64,000 bases of DNA from Eledone cirrhosa. Lineage: Eukaryota. The notes below the pieces were generated by a model that was not told the DNA's origin, ran no database searches, and saw nothing but the letters and a program-made list of their open reading frames with translations. The stretch covers positions 154,380,001-154,444,000 of the forward strand of contig OZ024740.1 of assembly GCA_964016885.1 (NCBI GenBank). Direction: 5' to 3'. How positions within the stretch are numbered: position 1 is the stretch's first letter; each line of letters starts with the position of its first letter. This document shows positions 56,761-64,000 of this stretch, piece after piece. A program made the position numbers and the translations under genes.

Positions 56761-57266
56761 AAGTTGTAATATAATTAAACGAAATTTCATTTCTCACTCT
56801 TAGTACGGCACTTACTTAAATGTAAGTATGTATGTATACGTACATACATATATTTATACAGACGTACAGTAGCATGCATATATATATATATATACATACA
56901 GGTACACATATATATATGTACGTATCAGTTTAGCGAACGTTTATTATAACGCCCGCTTTGTTCGTTTGTAAACAAGCGAACAGCCTGATTTATGCCATAC
57001 GGTGTTAAGGCAACCACGTCACCTTTTTGTTCAACACTGACACAGGAACGATGTACTAGTTTCAAGCTTGTTAGCTATCATCAGCACCGTATACCTTTCT
57101 GCCAGATAGTTGAACGTTCGAAAGTATATACTTTCCTTATGAAAATTAACGGCTGAGCAGCCTAATTTGCATATCGAGTGAGTTAAGTCGGCCAGGCGAT
57201 AAGTTGTAATATAATGAAACGAAATTTCATTTCTCACTCTTAGTACGGTACTTACTTAAATGTAAG

Positions 57267-57270
<4 letters not shown>
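56761..57270 (-). mobile_element. Family C variant, about 440-nt unit, HHR at 57047-57091
   Basis: 56761-56830 is repeated at 57201-57270. Confidence 0.85.
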
Positions 57271-57318
<48 letters not shown>

Positions 57319-57332
57319 TAGAGAGATATACA

Positions 57333-57389
<57 letters not shown>

Positions 57390-57479
57390 TTTCGTTTTCA
57401 ACTTCTTTATATTTCTTCGATCATTCTGTCTACACACAAACACATGTCTATACCCTCTTTCTCTCTCTCTATATATATA

Positions 57480-57560
<81 letters not shown>

Positions 57561-57691
57561 AGAGAAAGAGAGAGAAAGATATATATATATATGTATGTAT
57601 GTATGTATATATTTTCGTTTTCCACTTCTTTATATTTCTTCGATCATTGTGTATATACATGTCTATAATATATTATATATATATATATATG

Positions 57692-57757
<66 letters not shown>

Positions 57758-58099
57758 GGGGGGGGGAGCGAGAGAGAGAGAGAGAAAAAGAAAGAAAGAA
57801 AGTAAGAAAGAAAGAAAAAAGAGAGGAAGAGAGACATTAAATTTCATTATTTTTGTACTATAATTACCTTCTAATTCTAAAAACTTCATATTTTTGTGTC
57901 TGTACATATATGTACATAATGGAGAAACAGTGATAACGTGTGAATGTATTTAGGTTAGATGTACTGGTTACAAACATGAACAGTCCTCAACTGGAGGTAG
58001 ACAAACGAACCATAAAAACAACAAACAAAATAAACTTGAAAAATATTCATGAAGCAATTCTCCACACAATGAAACTAATTACAAATAACCTTACTCATT

Positions 58100-59112
58100 T
58101 TCTCTCTTGTCCCTGTCTTTCCGTCTTTCCCCCTTTCTTTGTTTTTACTTTCTTTCTTTCTTCCTTTCTTTCATCTATGTTTCAATTATTCTTTCGTTGT
58201 TTTTTTATTTGTTTGTTTTTATGTCATCCATCATTTCTTTCTTTCAGTCATTTTTTTCTCTTTTTAACTTTCATTAATTTTTTCTTTCTTTTAACCTTTC
58301 TTTCTTTCATCTATGTTTCAATTATTCCTTCGTTGTTTTTTTTTTTTTTTTTTTTTTTTTTTTTGGGGGGGGGGGGGGCTTCTTATTTATTTTTGTCGTC
58401 CACCATTTCTTTCTTTTTAACTTTCATTCATTTTCTCTTTCTCTTAACCTTTCTTTCCTTCTCTCTTCATTCGTTAAACTTTCATTCAGTCTTTCATTCT
58501 TATATTTACCCATTCTTTCTTTCATTTATCTTTTGTTATTTCTTTGTTCCTTTCTTTCATCCCTTCTTTTCTTCCTTTCTTTCTTTCATTCTCTAAACTC
58601 TCTTTCTTTCATCCAGCTATCTCTCTTCCTTTCATCCATTTACTCTCTCTCTCTCTCTCTCTTCTTTCATCTATCTATTCTCTCTTCGTCATCAATCCAT
58701 ATTTTCTACCTTTCTTCCTGAAACCATCCTTTCTTCTTGTCTTATATCCATTCTCTCTTTATATATTTCATCCTTTCCAAATCTTCCTTTATTCTTTCAT
58801 GTTTTTCAGTGAATTCTTTCCTTTACGGTTTGTTTGTTTTCCGTAATTCTTTGTTTTTGCTCACCAAATATATTTCTTCTTCTACTTTTTTTTCTGTCAT
58901 ATATTTTCTTTATTTCGGTTTTATTATTATTAATTTTTTTTGTATATTTTCTCCTCACTGTTTTTAAGATTCATTTCTATATTTCTTTCTCTGTCGACTT
59001 TATCTTTTTTTTTTTCATTCCTTTCATTTACTTTATTTGATTATCTCTCACATCCTCCCACTATATCGCCCTCTTTCTTTGCGCTCTCTTTTTCTTTTGC
59101 TTGCTTCCGCTT

Positions 59113-59170
<58 letters not shown>

Positions 59171-59200
59171 CTTCCTTCCTCTTTTTCATGTCTCCCCAAT
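58100..59200. repeat. Pyrimidine-rich low-complexity tract
   Basis: Degenerate (TTTC)n/(TC)n. Confidence 0.85.
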
Positions 59201-59684
59201 CCTCACCTAAAATAATCTACTTACATTACATTCTGTATCACCCATAAATCTGTCTTCACAAAGAATATCTCCAGTTTTAAAAAGTAGCAGTAATATACTA
59301 ATACATTAAAGCAAAAACCACGTAGATGCTATACCGAAGGAGGAAATAGAGCATAAAATAAATGGTGGATTGGCTGAAAGGTTGGTTATTGCTCTGTGAG
59401 TAATTCACTTTTGAAAGAAACAGTCATATTGTAATTACTTGGAAATTACAGAGAGTTGTATCGTGTACGAATTCTTCCTAGACTACAGAAGTGACTTGCA
59501 ACCAATATCAAATTAACATAGTAACATTTAACATATTTTAAAATATCTACTCTGATAATGGCCACACGTGCGACCGAAAGATAAATTAACGTCTATACTT
59601 TCTATTCCTCTCTTAGTATGGGAAATGTATCTAACTTTCCAGGCGTTTCTTTAGCCATGTTGATATAAATGATTGACTGTACAC

Positions 59685-59756
<72 letters not shown>

Positions 59757-59763
<7 letters not shown>

Positions 59764-60330
59764 ACAGGAGGCTGGACTGGTGTAATTCCTTAAAGGTTTA
59801 TTATACTATGAACATTTCAATGACCGGGTTCAGTATGAATCCGGTAACATCATCAGGTATTCGAAATTTAACAAAGGAATATAATAGACGCAATCCATGG
59901 GGCTGCAAAGGCAGAGAGACGAGAAGGCGGCCAAACATTTAGCAGTTTCCAGTCCGGTTGGCCGCCTTCAACCGGACTGGAAACTGCTAAATGTTTGGCC
60001 GCCTTCTCGTCTCTCTGCCTTTGCAGCCCCATGGATTGTGTCTATTATATTCCTTTGTTAAATTTCGAATACCTGATGATGTTACCGGATTCATACTGAA
60101 CCCGGTCATTGAAATGTTCATAGTATAATAAACCTTTAAGGAATTACACCAGTCCAGGTTCCTGTTATTTTATAATAATTAACTCCGTACCCGCGCCACC
60201 AACTACACAAACGAAGACGTGTGAGTTGCATTACGTCGAGTGTTCTCCCTAATATTACATCAAGGTTGACTATACGGAATGACCAGTTCTATCCAGTGGT
60301 GAACCAACAAACCTAAATGAATATATACAT
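59757..60330 (+). mobile_element. PLE-type 3' end with near-perfect about 205-bp fold-back; HHRs at 59803-59860 (-) and 60069-60126 (+)
   Basis: ATAC-CTGATGA-tgttACCGGaTTCA tac TGAAcCCGGTcatt-GAAA-TG tt CA-TA-GTAT, followed by AATAAA; (TA)n flank. Confidence 0.8.
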
Positions 60331-60930
60331 ATATCAACAGTCGATCGCCAAGATCCCAAACCTCGTCAAATCGGACCGTGAAAACAATGTTTCCATTGGT
60401 CTTTCCAATTGCTAATACACTCAGACAGAGTGTATATATTAGAAGAAAAAAAACAGGAAGTTTCGTTTACAGGTATATGATATTTATTGTGTATCGACCT
60501 GTTACGCACGTTTCGCAAAGGATTGGCTCAAGGTCACCCATAGGAGTTATGAACCCGACTCCACTATCAATCTGCTCTTTAGGCTGGTGATGTGACAAAA
60601 GTTTGTTTTTTTTAATATATATATATACATAAATCAGGATGGATTCATTTGAAACTGGTTCGACCATTACTCAACAGTAATGACTTTAATCTAATTGTAA
60701 TGACTTTAATCAACTGTCTTGCATATGCCTTTTTTTAAAGAAGACTTTTTCATATCTATAATTAATTGGGCTTGTTGTTTTTTTTTGGGGGGGGGGGGTG
60801 CATGCATTCTCCAAGTCTTATATTGATTTCCAGAGGGTATTCTAATTTCGCCTAATTGCATTAAAACTGAAACGAACGTAGAAGTTGATAAAATAATTTG
60901 AAGTATATTGTTTCATTTTTCACTTGAATT

Positions 60931-60971
<41 letters not shown>

Positions 60972-61105
60972 AGGATGAATATAAAATGAAAGTGCTTTTG
61001 TTAAAAAAGGAATTTATTAGGTATTGACATGTTTCTGTAACAGACCGAATACCTATGTATCGCTGCTTGCGTAATCATATAATGTTAGCAAGTATTCGAT
61101 AGCAA

Positions 61106-62911
61106 ATGTATAATCAGTTGTCACTTCTTCAGGACCACAAGGTAAACTTCGATACTAACCCTAATATTAGACTTATATGCCCCTCTAAATCTGATATAGG
61201 TAAAATTAGCAAATATATACTAGACAGAATTATCCCCCAAGTTAAGGTTAAAGTAGAGATTAAACTATGGGGTAACACTCATGAAGCAATAAGATGGTTT
61301 AATAACATTACTGATAAGAAAAAATCAAAATTTATTCAGTTTGATATTGATGAATATTATTCCTCAATTTCACCTGATACTCTACATGAAGCTCTTTCGT
61401 TCGCTAAGGATAATTCCGACCTTACGGATGCTGAAATTAAAATTATTATGGAAGCGAGAAAAACTATAGTTAAATTCGATGATAGCTACTGGGTTCGCAA
61501 AGATAGACCTTCTAATTTTGATATCACTATGGGTTCTAATGATTCGGCGGAAGTAACAGATCTTGTGGGAATTTATATCACCCACAGATTACAAGGAAAA
61601 TTCAAGGATCTCCACGGTGGAATTTACCGTGACGATGCGCTCCTATTAGTTAAGCATATGAATAACCAGAATTTAGAAAGGATGCGTAAAAATATCAGAA
61701 AGCTTTTTAAGGAACTAGGATTAAATATTACATTTGAATATAACCTCAAAGAGGTCAATTTCCTTGATGTTACTTTCAATCTCAATACAGATACGATTAA
61801 ACCGTTCCATAAACTAAATGAGAACCTTAAATATGTAAATATGAGTTCTAACCATCCACTCTCTATAATTAAATCCATCCCTAGAAATGTTTCTCTTAGG
61901 ATCTCCCGCCTGTCGTCCAACCAACAAACCTTCAAAGAACATGCCGAGTATTATGATGATGCACTTAGGAAAGCCGGTCACCTAGATAATATAGAGTATA
62001 TAGTCAAAGATCACCAAAACACCCAAAATAAATCACATAGGAGTGGAAATAGCACAGAATCACCACCATACAAACACTACCGCAATAGACACAATAATAG
62101 TCGCACACCACCAAACAGAAGGCGATGTAAGGAGTATATCTGGTACAACCCGGTCTATAACAACTCTATTAAAACCAATCTACCCTCAAAATTCTTTAGA
62201 TTAGTTAGAAAACACTTTCCAACATCACATAAATATAATAAAATCTTAAACCCTAACACTATTCGACTTTCATATTCAACCGCCCCTAATATTGAACAAC
62301 ATATAAAAAAGCTTAACGCAAAACGGTTGTATAAACGCCTTCCAACACATAACAATACACGTAAAACATTAGCTATAACATCACAAAACAACAAACAACA
62401 TCCTGTCCTACATAAGCAACCTCATCAACCCATCCATGGCAATACAACAACGCAAAATTATAATTGCAACTGTGTCCAACCAGGAATGTGTCCGTTGAAC
62501 AATCAGTGTCTTGAACGCAACATCGTATACAAATGTACTATCGAATCGGATAGACAGAAGTGGTACTATGTGGGATCTACAGCCACCTCCTTCAAATCAC
62601 GCCTTTATAGACATCGTTACTCGAGAAAACATGAAAACCAGCGTTATGTAACAACACTCGCAGACAAGGCTTGGCAGCTGCGTGAAAATAACCAACAATT
62701 TCACCTAAAATGGGATATAATAGCGGCTGCCCCCCCCCCCCCCCCCCCCATATATTCCCATGGACAGGAATTTTGTAAATTATGTAATGTAGAATTATTT
62801 TGTATTATGAAATCCAAAAACATTTTATTAAATAACAGAATAGAGCGATCGTTATACTGTAACCATCGCTTAAAATCTACATTTTCATATTATAAATACT
62901 ACCAGGATTGA
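61106..62911 (+). CDS. Penelope (Naiad-like) reverse transcriptase plus GIY-YIG endonuclease, N-terminally truncated
   Basis: DHK..RLICPSK, QFDIDEYYSSI, TMGSNDSAE, GIYRDD, NFLDVT, WYNP, CNC..CPL..C..IVYKC..YVGST, CKLC..E..LN.R.E..CNH. The first about 8 codons come from the inverted pLTR. Confidence 0.9.
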   Translation: MYNQLSLLQDHKVNFDTNPNIRLICPSKSDIGKISKYILDRIIPQVKVKVEIKLWGNTHEAIRWFNNITDKKKSKFIQFDIDEYYSSISPDTLHEALSFAKDNSDLTDAEIKIIMEARKTIVKFDDSYWVRKDRPSNFDITMGSNDSAEVTDLVGIYITHRLQGKFKDLHGGIYRDDALLLVKHMNNQNLERMRKNIRKLFKELGLNITFEYNLKEVNFLDVTFNLNTDTIKPFHKLNENLKYVNMSSNHPLSIIKSIPRNVSLRISRLSSNQQTFKEHAEYYDDALRKAGHLDNIEYIVKDHQNTQNKSHRSGNSTESPPYKHYRNRHNNSRTPPNRRRCKEYIWYNPVYNNSIKTNLPSKFFRLVRKHFPTSHKYNKILNPNTIRLSYSTAPNIEQHIKKLNAKRLYKRLPTHNNTRKTLAITSQNNKQHPVLHKQPHQPIHGNTTTQNYNCNCVQPGMCPLNNQCLERNIVYKCTIESDRQKWYYVGSTATSFKSRLYRHRYSRKHENQRYVTTLADKAWQLRENNQQFHLKWDIIAAAPPPPPPIYSHGQEFCKLCNVELFCIMKSKNILLNNRIERSLYCNHRLKSTFSYYKYYQD

Positions 62912-63365
62912 ACGCCTGTCTCTATCCCCGTTTGATTGTCAAAATAGATATGAACATTCTTTATTAGTCTTAATTCTATCAACTCTTCTATTATTTACCT
63001 TTTAATACAAACTGCTATAGATAAAATGAGATTTCTGATTTCTTGATTCAATTCCCTAATGCATATACCAGCTGGCTACTAGCATTGATGTTATTTAGTA
63101 GCAATCGAAATCTCCCCCTTCCCCAATTGACACTTTATAATTAATACTACTGCACCAAATGACCAGCCCTGTCCATTGTCCAGTTGGTCAAGTAGAGATT
63201 AAAATTGGCACTCCCAAAATTCTTATTTAGATTTACTCATGGGATTCTCATTAGAAACCCATTATATACTTGTTTAGCAGTAAATTACTATCCCCTCTGT
63301 TCCTTCCTCCTTTACTAATATAAATACTTCAATTTTTCTGATTTTATCCAGTTTATCCAAAATCT

Positions 63366-63480
63366 CTGAAGAAGTGACAACTGATTATACATTTGCTATC
63401 GAATACTTGCTAACATTATATGATTACGCAAGCAGCGATACATAGGTATTCGGTCTGTTACAGAAACATATGTCAATACC
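63366..63480 (+). ncRNA. Hammerhead-like motif with about 90-nt stem II hairpin
   Basis: CTGAAGA-aGTGACA..long imperfect hairpin..TGTTACa-GAAA-CATATG-TC, then AATAAA; stem I is not evident. Confidence 0.55.
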
Positions 63481-63853
63481 TAATAAATTCCTTTTTTAAC
63501 AAAAGCACTTTCATTTTATATTCATCCTTTCTACATTTTCTCCGGAATATAATTTATACTCGTTGAGCAAACCTGCACGTACGCTGTTCATCTCTAACGT
63601 AACGATATATTATCACTACATTATTGATAACCTGAAATTTTATATATATATATAGTTAAAACATAAAACAAAAACAATAACGAAGAGTGCAGTACAAAGT
63701 GTTAGTATTAGGCTCACGCTTGAGAGTGGAGTCTATATATATATATATATTATATATATATATAGAGAGAGAGAGAGATTTTTTATTTTTTTATTAAAGA
63801 AATTTTAGCCTGATAATGGGGTTTAGAACCCTCAGATAAATGGAAAAAGATGA

Positions 63854-64000
63854 GTATTGATATACATGGGAGTCGAACCGACATCTTTGGTTATCCAGAC
63901 CACTGTGCTACCATTACACCAACACATCACATTGGTGTAATAGTAGCACAGTGGTCTGGATAACCAAAGATGTGGGTTCGACTCCCATGTACATCAATAC
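63854..64000. mobile_element. Head-to-head inverted pair of tRNA-derived sequences
   Basis: TGGTGTAATAGTAGCA A-box/D-arm, TGGT-CTGGATA-ACCA anticodon-like arm, GTGGG-TTCGACT-CCCAT T-arm; no acceptor stem; inverted at 63854-63922 / 63932-64000. Confidence 0.7.

Larger units (their letters stand above)
60968..63640 (+). mobile_element. Naiad-like Penelope element, 5'-truncated with inverted pLTR (60968-61132 versus 63366-63533), in (TA)n
   Basis: Open RT plus GIY-YIG frame, inverted terminal copy and (TA)n flanks. Confidence 0.95.

Noticed and set aside
57940-59215. Phe/Leu/Ser-rich membrane-like ORFs
   Set aside because: Pyrimidine low-complexity DNA with no domain signature.
63925-63996. 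Functional tRNA-Ser(GGA) gene
   Set aside because: No acceptor stem or long variable arm, and it is present as an inverted duplicate; treated as a tRNA-derived repeat.

Overview
AT-rich, microsatellite-dense eukaryotic DNA, most likely an octopus (cephalopod) intergenic or intronic region; this is inferred from the tRNA-derived SINE families and the (TA)n/(CATA)n density. I found no credible host gene, and almost all ORF-track entries are microsatellite artefacts. The window is a nested assembly of retroelements. It contains (i) several Penelope-like elements (PLEs; RT plus GIY-YIG), three of them Naiad-like and one with a 601-codon open frame, all inserted into (TA)n tracts, usually with an inverted copy of their 3' end; (ii) R4/Dong-like RLE LINEs and an RTE-related non-coding element, both in (CATA)n tracts; and (iii) decayed CR1-group LINE, mariner, hAT and Tigger-type pieces plus many SINEs. 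The main unannotated signal is roughly 35-40 type I hammerhead ribozyme (HHR) motifs from about 18-19 sequence families, counted by eye. Many have core variants (U3-A8, A4, C13), mismatched stem II bases, or very long structured stem II/III insertions. Several sit in purely non-coding 420-600 nt units arranged as partial tandem repeats plus fold-backs in (TA)n, which makes them retrozyme-like or non-autonomous PLE partners that could yield unit-length or circular RNAs. All structures were folded manually and coordinates of degenerate elements are approximate.
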